From positions 25,356-89,355 of the forward strand of contig JAKPPS010000056.1 in the NCBI GenBank assembly GCA_029547225.1: 64,000 bases of DNA. The letters are read 5' to 3'. Positions 28,156 to 37,477 of this stretch are shown piece by piece; the stretch's first letter is position 1, and every line of letters starts with the position of its first letter. The notes beneath the pieces were generated by a model, which saw only the letters and a program-made list of their open reading frames with translations, was not told the DNA's origin and did not search any database. The position numbers were made by a program, and so were the translations under genes. The DNA is from a bacterium (lineage in GTDB: Bacteria > Patescibacteriota > Dojkabacteria > SC72 > WJKH01).

Positions 28156-28243
28156 TATTAGCAATAAGCTTTGTTGGAAAAAATACTTACAAGAAAATAC
28201 GATTATCATAAATATACGAATAAAATAAATCTTACCAAAAATC

Positions 28244-28963
28244 ATGAAAACAAATCCAGATGTAAAGGAAATAACTACAAAACTTGGTATAAAAATAAAA
28301 AAAATTGAGCTTTACGAAATTGCATTTACTCATAGATCCTATTTAAATGAAGCAAAAAAAGAAATACGTGCCCACAATGAACGCTTAGAGTTTTTAGGGG
28401 ATGCTGTTCTTGAGCTAATAATCTCAGAATATTTATATACCAAACATCCTGACCATCCAGAAGGAGATCTCACAAGTTTCAGATCAGCGATTGTAAAAGC
28501 ACCATCATTAGCAAAATTTGCTAAAGACTTTGGTTTCGGCGAGTATCTACGAATGTCAAAGGGAGAAGAAATCACTGGTGGAAGAACAAAAGACTACCTT
28601 TTAGCAAATACCTTTGAATCATTTTTAGGAGCGTTATACATCGATTTAGGCTATAAAGAGTGCCAAAAATTCATTTACAAGCACTTAGTTCCCGAACTAG
28701 AGAATATTATTGCCAACCGTCTTGATGTTGATCAAAAATCCAAATTTCAAGAAATGGCACAAAGCCTTTTTAAGTTAACTCCGGAATACAAACTTCTTAA
28801 AGAAGAAGGACCTGATCATGAGAAAATCTTTACTATGGCAGTATTTCTTGGCGAAAAACAATATGGTATTGGGAAAGGTCCAAGTAAACAGAAAGCAGAG
28901 GAAGAAGCCGCTTTGAACTCTCTAAAGATGCTTAGAGAAGATAAAAGTGTGATTACCTCTTGA
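28244..28963 (+). CDS. rnc: Ribonuclease III
   Basis: Signature NERLEFLGDAVLEL, and a dsRBD at the C-terminus (GPDHEKIFTMAVFLGEKQYGIGKGPSKQKAEEEAA). Confidence 0.9.
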   Translation: MKTNPDVKEITTKLGIKIKKIELYEIAFTHRSYLNEAKKEIRAHNERLEFLGDAVLELIISEYLYTKHPDHPEGDLTSFRSAIVKAPSLAKFAKDFGFGEYLRMSKGEEITGGRTKDYLLANTFESFLGALYIDLGYKECQKFIYKHLVPELENIIANRLDVDQKSKFQEMAQSLFKLTPEYKLLKEEGPDHEKIFTMAVFLGEKQYGIGKGPSKQKAEEEAALNSLKMLREDKSVITS

Positions 28964-28997
28964 ATTAATTAAATTGTTCTGATAAAATCAGTAAGCT

Positions 28998-29480
28998 ATG
29001 ATAAAGTTCAAATTAAAAAGAGTAGGTAAAAAAGGGCAAGCATTTTATCGAGTGGTTGTCATCGAATCTACTAAAAAAAGATCAAGTAATTACATAGAAG
29101 ATCTTGGCTGGTACAATCCGCATCTTGAGGCCGGTAAGTCATTTAATATTGATATCGAAAAGGCAAGAGAGTGGATCAAAAACGGTGCACAACCGACAGA
29201 AACAATAGCACAGTTTTTCGTAAAACTTGGTTTGATCGATAAATTACATCGTGGTTCTAGATTAGCTAAAGCTCCTGTTAAAGAAGCTCCAGCTACCGAA
29301 AAACCTGCAGAAAAAGCAACTGAAACAGAAGCACCAGATCAAGTTGATAAATCAAATGAATCAACAAATACTGAAGCTGAAGCTACAGAAGCAGCTGCTG
29401 AAACTCCAAAGGCTGAAGAGCAGACAGAGGATCAAGCAAATACTCAACCTACTGACCAAACATCAGAGGAGCCTAAATAA
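28998..29480 (+). CDS. rpsP: 30S ribosomal protein S16 with an acidic Ala/Glu/Thr-rich C-terminal extension
   Basis: MIKFKLKRVGKKGQAFYRVVV ... LGWYNP ... WIKNGAQPT. Confidence 0.9.
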   Translation: MIKFKLKRVGKKGQAFYRVVVIESTKKRSSNYIEDLGWYNPHLEAGKSFNIDIEKAREWIKNGAQPTETIAQFFVKLGLIDKLHRGSRLAKAPVKEAPATEKPAEKATETEAPDQVDKSNESTNTEAEATEAAAETPKAEEQTEDQANTQPTDQTSEEPK

Positions 29481-29497
29481 TTTATTTATTTCTACAT

Positions 29498-29857
29498 ATG
29501 AAAGAACTAGTTGAATATATAGTCAAGTCAATAGTCAATAATCCTGATGAAGTTGAAGTTTCTCAGAGAGAGAGTGTTGATTTTCCAGGTTTACATATTG
29601 TAACAATCAAGGTTTCTGATAAAGATCTTGGAGCTTTAATTGGTAAAAAAGGTAGAACAATTCACTCAATTAGAGATATTGTAACAATTGCAGCTATCAG
29701 AGCAAATAAGCGAGTTAGAGTAGTTGTACATGAAGAGGGTCGTACAGATGATGAGGGTGGTCATAATCACAATCATCAAGAGCATAATGAAAATACTCAG
29801 CCACAAACAACTGAAGTTATGTCAGATGAGAGTGTTGAGGAGACATTAGATTTGTAA
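29498..29857 (+). CDS. KH-domain RNA-binding protein (YlqC/UPF0109-like) with a His-rich tail
   Basis: It sits in the conserved position after rpsP. It carries the KH GxxG block LIGKKGRTIHSIRDI and the tail GGHNHNHQEHNEN. Confidence 0.75.
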   Translation: MKELVEYIVKSIVNNPDEVEVSQRESVDFPGLHIVTIKVSDKDLGALIGKKGRTIHSIRDIVTIAAIRANKRVRVVVHEEGRTDDEGGHNHNHQEHNENTQPQTTEVMSDESVEETLDL

Positions 29858-29881
29858 TCTCTTTTACTATTTGATTATTAA

Positions 29882-29906
29882 GGGATCCGCAAGGGTCCCT
29901 TTTTTT
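29882..29906 (+). terminator. Rho-independent terminator after the rpsP-KH genes
   Basis: The stem gggatcc(29882-88)/gggtccc(29893-99) carries a GCAA tetraloop and is followed by T7 (29900-06). Confidence 0.7.
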
Positions 29907-30052
29907 ACTGTATTCATTTTCAGGTTATTTACACGAAATCCATGTTTATGAAAATTTTTGAAAATATAGTTAATAGTTATTGAATTTTTACGCCTGAAAC
30001 TACTGACAATTACTGAAAGGTTGGATTGAAAAAAATGGATAATAGCAGATCG

Positions 30053-30730
30053 TTAATCTAGCAGTTTACTTCTATTTCTAAGCATTTCTACAAGATTATT
30101 AAAATTGGTGTACGGGACAAATGTTTGATAAGGGTCGACATTTGAGACACTCTCACTTAAATAATAACCGTTGATTGTAATATCAAAAGACCACCTCTTA
30201 CCCGATATATTTGAAAGATCAATTGAATTTACAGAGACAATGTATGGGGAAGATTTCTGTAGATCCTCAAGGAAAGATAAAACATCCGTATAATTACCCT
30301 CATAGCTTAAAGGACCACTGACTGTTGACATATCTAACGAGCTATCTTCAGAAGTTATATCAGAGTTTGAAGCCCGAATTTCATTAAGCTTAAGCCCTTT
30401 ATCTTTTGCAAGTTCGTCAACAAAATATACAAAATCAGCAACTTCAAGTCGGGTAGGGATAACTTGATCGATTATCTGATAGTCTTCATAAAGCTGGGTA
30501 CCATCCAATTCATCAATTTTTACTTGTAAAGTTTTCATTTGTTCCTGCTTACTTATGACATTTTTGGTATCATCATTGAGTTCGACTGTTTCCGTAATCA
30601 TAGGAATATATACAAAAATCGTTAATACAATAAATATGATAAAAGCAAGAAATGGTATTACAAAATCAGAGAAAATTAATTTCTTCTGCACTTTCTCACC
30701 ACTTTTTATTATTTCCCTTTGCTTTTGCAT
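30053..30730 (-). CDS. pilO: PilO-like type IV pilus alignment-complex protein
   Basis: It has a short cytoplasmic N-terminus, a single TM, a coiled-coil segment and an alpha/beta C-domain. It lies directly downstream of the pilM and pilN-like genes. Confidence 0.55.
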   Translation of the reverse strand: MQKQREIIKSGEKVQKKLIFSDFVIPFLAFIIFIVLTIFVYIPMITETVELNDDTKNVISKQEQMKTLQVKIDELDGTQLYEDYQIIDQVIPTRLEVADFVYFVDELAKDKGLKLNEIRASNSDITSEDSSLDMSTVSGPLSYEGNYTDVLSFLEDLQKSSPYIVSVNSIDLSNISGKRWSFDITINGYYLSESVSNVDPYQTFVPYTNFNNLVEMLRNRSKLLD

Positions 30731-30855
30731 TGTTCTATTATACTAAATAATATTTACTACTCATTTATCTGTTCGATCATTTGCATAAACAGATTTTCAA
30801 CATATCATTTACAAAAAAATAGTCAATCTTAACTCTTTCAATACCAATATTAATC

Positions 30856-32496
30856 TTAATTAGACGTTTCTCCGCTTGTTTTATTTTTAAAATAATCATA
30901 ATTAAGTTGACCTTCAAACTCGAAAGTAGTTTTATTAGCATATGATCCAACCGAATTAAGATTTACAATATTAACACGCGAATCCATACTGAGCAGATGC
31001 CACAATTTTGCAACATCCGTTAGTGAACTTGCCTCACCGCGAACAATAAAATGCAAATCAGGGTCCAACTCAATATTACTAATCTTACCCAATTTTGAGC
31101 TTACCTGATCCCAATACTCAAATACTTCACGATAAGAAACAGTATTTTGCTGGATAGAGTCAAAAAGTTTTATTCGTCGTAGTATGTAAGAGTTCTTTGT
31201 AAGTGTATCCTGATCTTGTAATACTTCTTTTTCAATCCTTGTTAATATTTTTTTCTGACCTTGGTTTTCTAACTTTGCTATAAAATTTGATCCGATGATC
31301 CCAATCGAGAGTAATACCAAAACCAAAATAAATACTGCGCCTGCAATGTTAAAACTGGCTTTTCGTTCATTTCGTGCAATTTCATCCGATGTAGCAGGTG
31401 GCAAAAGATTTATTCCTTCATTAATGTTTAATATTAATGGATTATCTTTTTTGTCAACCGATACTTGGCTTTTCTTCTTAGAAAATAAACCAAGCCCATT
31501 TTTCTTTTTTAAAGATTTATTCTTATTATTCTCGTTTACTTTTGTCTCATCGACTTTTATTTCATCTTGAACTTCGTCTTTCTTTAATTCTAGATTTACT
31601 TCGTCTTCAGGTTGATCTGCAATGTTAACACTGTTTTCTGTATTTGAATTCGAGATTTCTGACTCTTCAGTTAAAGCACTTACGACAACAGGATCTTTAA
31701 CAATTGCCTCAATCTCAGGCTTGATATCAATACTATCTTTTTTCTCGGTTAGCTCAACATTTTGTACTGGGGCTTCGGTTTCTGGAATTTTCTCAGGTAT
31801 GACATTCATAACTTCATCGGCTACAACACCTATCGTTTCAGTATTATCTGTTAACGCAATTTCTGATTTCTCCTCAGTTTTGACAGGATTTTCATTATTT
31901 TCTATTGCAAGTTTTTGGTCATCAGTCACTTTGATTTCTGGGTTATCCACGACAACATCTGATTTTGTTTCTTTCTTTTTAAAAAGCTTACTAAATATTG
32001 ATTGTCGTTTTGGTTTCACTTCCTTCATTTTTGTGTTTGCTTCGGGAGTAGCTTCAATGTTACTGCTTTCTTGAGTATCATTTTTTTCTAAGTCAGAAGC
32101 AATCTGGGTGACCTCAGTATTTGTTTCTGTCTGGCTTTTATCTGTAGTATCATCAGCAACTTCGTCAAAAGTTTCTCCACCTAATCCCTTTTTTTGTTCT
32201 TTATCACTAGTGTCCTCTATACCCATCTCCGATTGAGGTACATCTGCAACGGGTAAAGTTGCCTCACTGCCAGTATCGTCTGTATTTGGGGTACTAGGAG
32301 AGCTCACATTACCCACTGAAACGGATTGAGAGCCTTCCGAAATATTCACTGGTGCTTTTTCATCAGCTTTCGAAGTATCCGGACTTATTGGAGTCTCCGT
32401 TTGGCCATCATTTAGCACCGTTTTTAGCGCCTGATCAAGCTTAGCCTTATCTTTATCATCTATCTTTTTTTTACTAAAAATACTTAGGATTCCCAT
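30856..32496 (-). CDS. pilN: PilN-like protein with an acidic low-complexity N-terminal extension of about 355 aa
   Basis: An INLLP motif (EGINLLPP) lies immediately before the single TM (IAGAVFILVLVLLSIGIIG), followed by a PilN-type periplasmic domain. The ORF stays open from 24 nt downstream of the pilM stop. Confidence 0.6.
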   Translation of the reverse strand: MGILSIFSKKKIDDKDKAKLDQALKTVLNDGQTETPISPDTSKADEKAPVNISEGSQSVSVGNVSSPSTPNTDDTGSEATLPVADVPQSEMGIEDTSDKEQKKGLGGETFDEVADDTTDKSQTETNTEVTQIASDLEKNDTQESSNIEATPEANTKMKEVKPKRQSIFSKLFKKKETKSDVVVDNPEIKVTDDQKLAIENNENPVKTEEKSEIALTDNTETIGVVADEVMNVIPEKIPETEAPVQNVELTEKKDSIDIKPEIEAIVKDPVVVSALTEESEISNSNTENSVNIADQPEDEVNLELKKDEVQDEIKVDETKVNENNKNKSLKKKNGLGLFSKKKSQVSVDKKDNPLILNINEGINLLPPATSDEIARNERKASFNIAGAVFILVLVLLSIGIIGSNFIAKLENQGQKKILTRIEKEVLQDQDTLTKNSYILRRIKLFDSIQQNTVSYREVFEYWDQVSSKLGKISNIELDPDLHFIVRGEASSLTDVAKLWHLLSMDSRVNIVNLNSVGSYANKTTFEFEGQLNYDYFKNKTSGETSN

Positions 32497-32520
32497 TAAA
32501 ATAGTTTTTATCTTATCATT

Positions 32521-33552
32521 TTATTCAGTTTTCAGAGCCAAACCGACAGCTACCGAGAACGAAGGTTTACTCTTAGCTAGAGCACTTTCATATTTGGCAT
32601 CCACTTTGATATTTGTCCAAGGATCTCCTACTTTAGAATTAATATTTAATTGATCTGTCATGTATTTTTCGAGTCCTGGCAACATTGCACCATCACCGTT
32701 AAGCAGACATTCCTGTGGGACGGGTAGGAGAGTACGAGATTTGTAGAATTCCATACCTCTTTGGATCTCAACTAAAATCGAATCCATAACAGGTTTTAGC
32801 GCTTGAGCAACTTTACCTTCCAAAACATCTTCAGCAAGACCATAATTTCTCTTATACTCTTCAGCTTGATTATATTCAAAGCCAAACTTATTAACTATCG
32901 CTTGAGTTAATGCGTCTGAACCGATAGAAATACTCTGAGCAAAAACAAGAAATCCGTTATTCATAATGCTCATATCTGTACTCTGAGCTCCAAAATCAAG
33001 CATAAGTATTTCTTTTATACCAGTCGAACGATACATGGCTCGACCCATTGCAATAGATTCGGTTTCAATAGCTACAGGTTCAAGACCAGCCTTATCAACA
33101 ACACTTGTATAAATATCGATTATTTTTCGTGGTGCTGCGACTATTAAAACTTTATATACAGATCGTTTATCATCATACCCAATTGGTAGATAACTCATCT
33201 GAACCTCTTCAATCGGTAAAGGAATGAGCCTTTTTGCCTCATAAAACACAGCATTTTTAATCTCATCTTCTTTGATTCCACTATATTCCGTAAATCGTGT
33301 AAATACACTAAATTCAGGTAATGCCATAACTACACGTTTCTCTTTGATTTTTGCGGAATCAAAAAGCGCCTTAAGAGAATCTGTAAGTTTTTGTTGATGT
33401 GACGCATCTTCACTATTGATGACTCCCTGAGGAGTAACTTGGCTACCAAAATTTACTAAAGTTGGCTTATTTGAAGAAATATCCTCTAGCTGAACTGCTT
33501 TTACAGAATGACTTCCGAAATCTAAGCCTACATGATCGGGCAATTGTGACAT
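32521..33552 (-). CDS. pilM: Type IV pilus assembly protein PilM (actin-like ATPase fold)
   Basis: GLDFGSHSVKAVQL at the N-terminus, MLDFGAQSTDMSI, and LNGDGAMLPGLEKYM, typical of PilM. Confidence 0.85.
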   Translation of the reverse strand: MSQLPDHVGLDFGSHSVKAVQLEDISSNKPTLVNFGSQVTPQGVINSEDASHQQKLTDSLKALFDSAKIKEKRVVMALPEFSVFTRFTEYSGIKEDEIKNAVFYEAKRLIPLPIEEVQMSYLPIGYDDKRSVYKVLIVAAPRKIIDIYTSVVDKAGLEPVAIETESIAMGRAMYRSTGIKEILMLDFGAQSTDMSIMNNGFLVFAQSISIGSDALTQAIVNKFGFEYNQAEEYKRNYGLAEDVLEGKVAQALKPVMDSILVEIQRGMEFYKSRTLLPVPQECLLNGDGAMLPGLEKYMTDQLNINSKVGDPWTNIKVDAKYESALAKSKPSFSVAVGLALKTE

Positions 33553-33830
33553 TTTTGGACAGTAATAAAAAATTAAAATAGTCTACTATGACAGAAACCC
33601 TTTACTGATAAGGTCGCGTCTATCATTAGTGAATCTATATAAAAGAACAAACTATTTCCCTTTGCTTAGTATAATCCATTTAACAAACTTAATAAAGAAC
33701 CTAGAGTATTTTTCATTTTTTTTACTCAAAGGTTAAATTATTAATAATAACGGCGTCAATAATTCTGGATTTTGAATTATTGATAGAAGACAAAAGAATG
33801 AAAATAGTTTGGCTACGTTTCAATACATGA

Positions 33831-36800
33831 TTAATAAGGTTTATACCCAAGTTCTTTTACATATGCATCAGAATCAACACCAAAGAATTTACTAGAAATA
33901 TAAAGATATCTTGGATCATAAATAACAACAAATGATGGATAGCTATTATTATCAAGCAGCTGTAAGGATCTTTGCCACAACAAGCCATTAGAATCTCCGC
34001 CCAAAGAATAAACCGCACCTTGGATTTTTATTCCGTCTACAGTTACCTGACCAATATCTGTACGTGGGAAGATTATATGTCCTCCAGCAATAAAGACTCC
34101 GTTTAAACTGTCAAAACTAGGTACACCACCTGAACTTTTATATGTTCCTTCTTCGATAGAAATATTTCCTCCAGCTAAGAATATGCAACCATTGATCTTT
34201 GGGGTATCTGTTTTGGTAATGTCAGGGTTAATTGTGATATTACCATTTGTTTTGATCAGCGCTTGACGATTACAATTTATTGCATTCACATCTAAATTTC
34301 CACTCGCGTTTATTACACATGCATTCGATTCGCTTAAACAGATATTTGAGACATCCCCACTAATCGATCCCACACTTAAGTTATATGAGTCAATAGTCCC
34401 ACTTGCGATTTCTTTATTTACTTGAGAGAGTAGTTGTTGATAATTAATAGACGTATTCGAATACGATACAAGTGTATACGGATCATATTTATTACCTCGA
34501 ACAACATTTTGAACAATAGTTGAGCCGTTTATTAAGCCTAATTCAGTAGTTATTTGTGTATTTGAACTGTTTGAACCATATGGATCAGCAAAATAAGTTA
34601 TAGCAGGATCTGGTACTTTAATAGGGCTTTCAACATCTCCAGCAGAGTAGAGTAACCCACCTTTTGTAGCGAACCAACTTTCTCCAATTGCAAGATTATT
34701 ACTATTATCAGTAAAAGAACCCATGTTACAGGCATTGTCAGTAGCTTTGATTTTGACTCCAAGATTTCCTTCGTTAATAACTCCTATGTTTAACTGCTGA
34801 GTACCAGAATTAACAGCTCCCTTTGCCCATATTGGAACAGGGTTAAAATCTTCACTTCCAGTCGAAGCATTAATATACGGAACAGTCACTGAAACATGAG
34901 GTTCAGCTGAAACTTCGGTAACAGTATGCTCATTTGGTTCATATGAGCTTCCAAACAAACCTACCAAACCAATAGATGACTTAACTCCAGAATTTGTATC
35001 AGTTAGGCTCCACTGGTACGATACAGTATTTTTATCTACAATCGTTGGGCCTGTTATAGTCGATGTTGGAGCAGTAAAATCAATTCGATAATCACCCTTA
35101 TCGTTCCATGTTGTTTGTCCAGGACCTGATGCAGTATCCCTTGCAAAACCAAGTAAATTTGTTACACCCTCCGGCATATTTGCGCCAAAACCAACAGTAA
35201 AAACATAAGTACATGTGTTACCTGAACAATCTGTACTAGCTAATTTCCAGCGGTTTTGCGAGCTATCTTGGCTTTCACTCGGATTCCATATTTCTGAGCT
35301 ATTATATTGATCATTATTTGAAGATGCTGACGAGAGTGCTGACATGATCATACCGGTACTTCCTGCACTCATACCAGTATTAGAAGGTAACTCCCAGTCA
35401 TAATTCCACGTATCATTACTAAAATCGTTAAGATATGTTAACCCATATAAAGCCATACTATTATTTCCGACAGCATTAGCTGAAGGAAGAGCTGTCGTAG
35501 TTGAACCCGTTGCAGTAAGGTTACGATTTATTGTAAACATTTGCCCATTAACTTTTATTGAATCTATATAAAGATTTCGATCCCCAGAAGGCACTGTAGA
35601 TACATAATAATCATTAGGAAAACGTATAGTTATTTGATTGGGCCGTAAAGCTGTATTATGAGTATATTGATATACACCTCCACCAGAAGTGATACCAGTA
35701 GAATTAGCAGCCCCAGTATTAACAGATTTTATAGTTTTCACGAGGTTACCATCTATCAGTATCTCCATATTAGCAAGCTGAGAAGCAGTACCCGAATTAA
35801 GGGTTGCTGCATAAATTTTGATTTCCGTTCCCTTGTGAGCTAGAGCATGTACCGATGTTTTAAGATCACTCCCCAAGGATGTAGTGTCATCGATCCACAG
35901 CCCTGCCCACAAAATATCACTAGGCCCATCATTATCCGTAACTGTAACAGTAAAATCTCTCGGATTATTATCATTACTTGCACCGCAATCTGTTCCATTA
36001 TCATAATTGGGTAACGAGCCAGAAAGACCACTATTAGGTGAGACTGTAACAGTTGGCTTACTGTTGATTTTAAAATATCCAATCAACTGATTTGAGCACA
36101 TGCCATCTGTACAGATAAACGAATCAGTACATTGGCGTAGTGGGGCATACTGTGTAGTCACTGTATATGATCGTCCTTCAGTTTTATTTATACTTGACCA
36201 GTTTGGAGAATAATACCTTAACCGAGTCCCCTCAGATGCTTCACTATCCAAACCCGCAACAGCAGTTAAACTTGTGCCTACTCCTGTGACGGCATAAGAA
36301 GCTAATAAACCACGAGAGTTTGTAGGAAATTGAGAGCTATTTGCGACATCAACCATGAAATATAGATTAGTTGCTAATTCTTCTGCATTTATTAGTGTCG
36401 GTTTTGAGGGATCGGTCGACAATTTTATACAAGCTTCTTGATTTGGACTACATATCGAAACATATTCTGGTGTTGGCGCTTTTGTGACTGTAGGATTTAC
36501 ATAACAAGCAGCTCCTGATGTTGTACAGGGACCACAATCGTTCTGTCCACTGCAAGATGACGAAACTGGGCTGCATCCTGCCCAACCACTCTGATATCCC
36601 AAGGGTTGAGTGAAGCTATATCCCGCACTACATGTTGGAGTACATGCTTCACACCCATTAGAATATGTTCCAGAACAACATGGTGTTGTATTGTCACATG
36701 GAGGACATAATACATCTACTTTGTCACCTGGAGCCCAACAGTAGTCACTTCCATTATCCTTACTCGTGCCACATCTATTTGGAACAGGAGATGAAAGAGT

Positions 36801-37436
36801 ACAATCTAATTTCTCACAACCTCCTGTTCCCTCATTTCTTCCAAGAAGACAATAATTACTTTCACCACAATCACCGACACAGGCACAGCTATATTCTGTA
36901 CGTGTCTTTACCCAACTACATCCTTTGTTAGAAGCTCTTTGACATTGATCCTTTTCTTTAATGTTTTTACAAACTGTTCCTGCTTTACAAAATGGAGCTT
37001 TCCAAGTACAGCCATCTGTTTTTTTACATTCTGGTTCCGTTGTTGCTCCAATACATGAATCGCCACAATAACCTTTTTCAATTACATTCCATTTACAAGC
37101 TTCATAATTTTCACAATCATTCTTATTTGTAAAATTTTTACACTTTGGACCAAAAATATTAATATCTTCTGACCTATACCAACAATTACCATCTTCACAC
37201 CCTGCATTAACATCCATAACAAACAAATCAGATATGATATTTCTAGAAGAATTGCTAGCTATATCAGTAGATAAGAACTTTATATCCGAAGAAGTAAAAT
37301 CAATAGAATTTGCGGGTTTATTAAAATAGCTATTTAGAAATAAGGAATAGAAGACTGACAGTAGTACAACAATTGCAGTAAAAAGGGTAAAAAACAGTTT
37401 ATTTCCAATTGTAATTTTTAATTTTCGTTTATTCAT
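33831..37436 (-). CDS. Giant exported orphan protein (1201 aa) with a Cys-rich N-terminal module; candidate pilus-associated adhesin
   Basis: It has an N-terminal signal anchor (LFFTLFTAIVVLLSVFYSLFL) and about 35 Cys in residues 75-345. A possible carbohydrate-binding-like segment contains DRNLYIDSIKVNG, and the C-terminus is Gly/Asn-rich and beta-helix-like. The gene sits inside the T4P operon. Confidence 0.65.
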   Translation of the reverse strand: MNKRKLKITIGNKLFFTLFTAIVVLLSVFYSLFLNSYFNKPANSIDFTSSDIKFLSTDIASNSSRNIISDLFVMDVNAGCEDGNCWYRSEDINIFGPKCKNFTNKNDCENYEACKWNVIEKGYCGDSCIGATTEPECKKTDGCTWKAPFCKAGTVCKNIKEKDQCQRASNKGCSWVKTRTEYSCACVGDCGESNYCLLGRNEGTGGCEKLDCTLSSPVPNRCGTSKDNGSDYCWAPGDKVDVLCPPCDNTTPCCSGTYSNGCEACTPTCSAGYSFTQPLGYQSGWAGCSPVSSSCSGQNDCGPCTTSGAACYVNPTVTKAPTPEYVSICSPNQEACIKLSTDPSKPTLINAEELATNLYFMVDVANSSQFPTNSRGLLASYAVTGVGTSLTAVAGLDSEASEGTRLRYYSPNWSSINKTEGRSYTVTTQYAPLRQCTDSFICTDGMCSNQLIGYFKINSKPTVTVSPNSGLSGSLPNYDNGTDCGASNDNNPRDFTVTVTDNDGPSDILWAGLWIDDTTSLGSDLKTSVHALAHKGTEIKIYAATLNSGTASQLANMEILIDGNLVKTIKSVNTGAANSTGITSGGGVYQYTHNTALRPNQITIRFPNDYYVSTVPSGDRNLYIDSIKVNGQMFTINRNLTATGSTTTALPSANAVGNNSMALYGLTYLNDFSNDTWNYDWELPSNTGMSAGSTGMIMSALSSASSNNDQYNSSEIWNPSESQDSSQNRWKLASTDCSGNTCTYVFTVGFGANMPEGVTNLLGFARDTASGPGQTTWNDKGDYRIDFTAPTSTITGPTIVDKNTVSYQWSLTDTNSGVKSSIGLVGLFGSSYEPNEHTVTEVSAEPHVSVTVPYINASTGSEDFNPVPIWAKGAVNSGTQQLNIGVINEGNLGVKIKATDNACNMGSFTDNSNNLAIGESWFATKGGLLYSAGDVESPIKVPDPAITYFADPYGSNSSNTQITTELGLINGSTIVQNVVRGNKYDPYTLVSYSNTSINYQQLLSQVNKEIASGTIDSYNLSVGSISGDVSNICLSESNACVINASGNLDVNAINCNRQALIKTNGNITINPDITKTDTPKINGCIFLAGGNISIEEGTYKSSGGVPSFDSLNGVFIAGGHIIFPRTDIGQVTVDGIKIQGAVYSLGGDSNGLLWQRSLQLLDNNSYPSFVVIYDPRYLYISSKFFGVDSDAYVKELGYKPY

Positions 37437-37477
37437 AATACTCTATAGATCTTTATAAAACTAAGACTTCTACACAA

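Noticed and set aside
33831-37436. A diversity-generating retroelement target (variable C-terminal region in a large surface protein, common in candidate phyla).
   Set aside because: No reverse transcriptase gene and no template/variable repeat pair could be found in the window.
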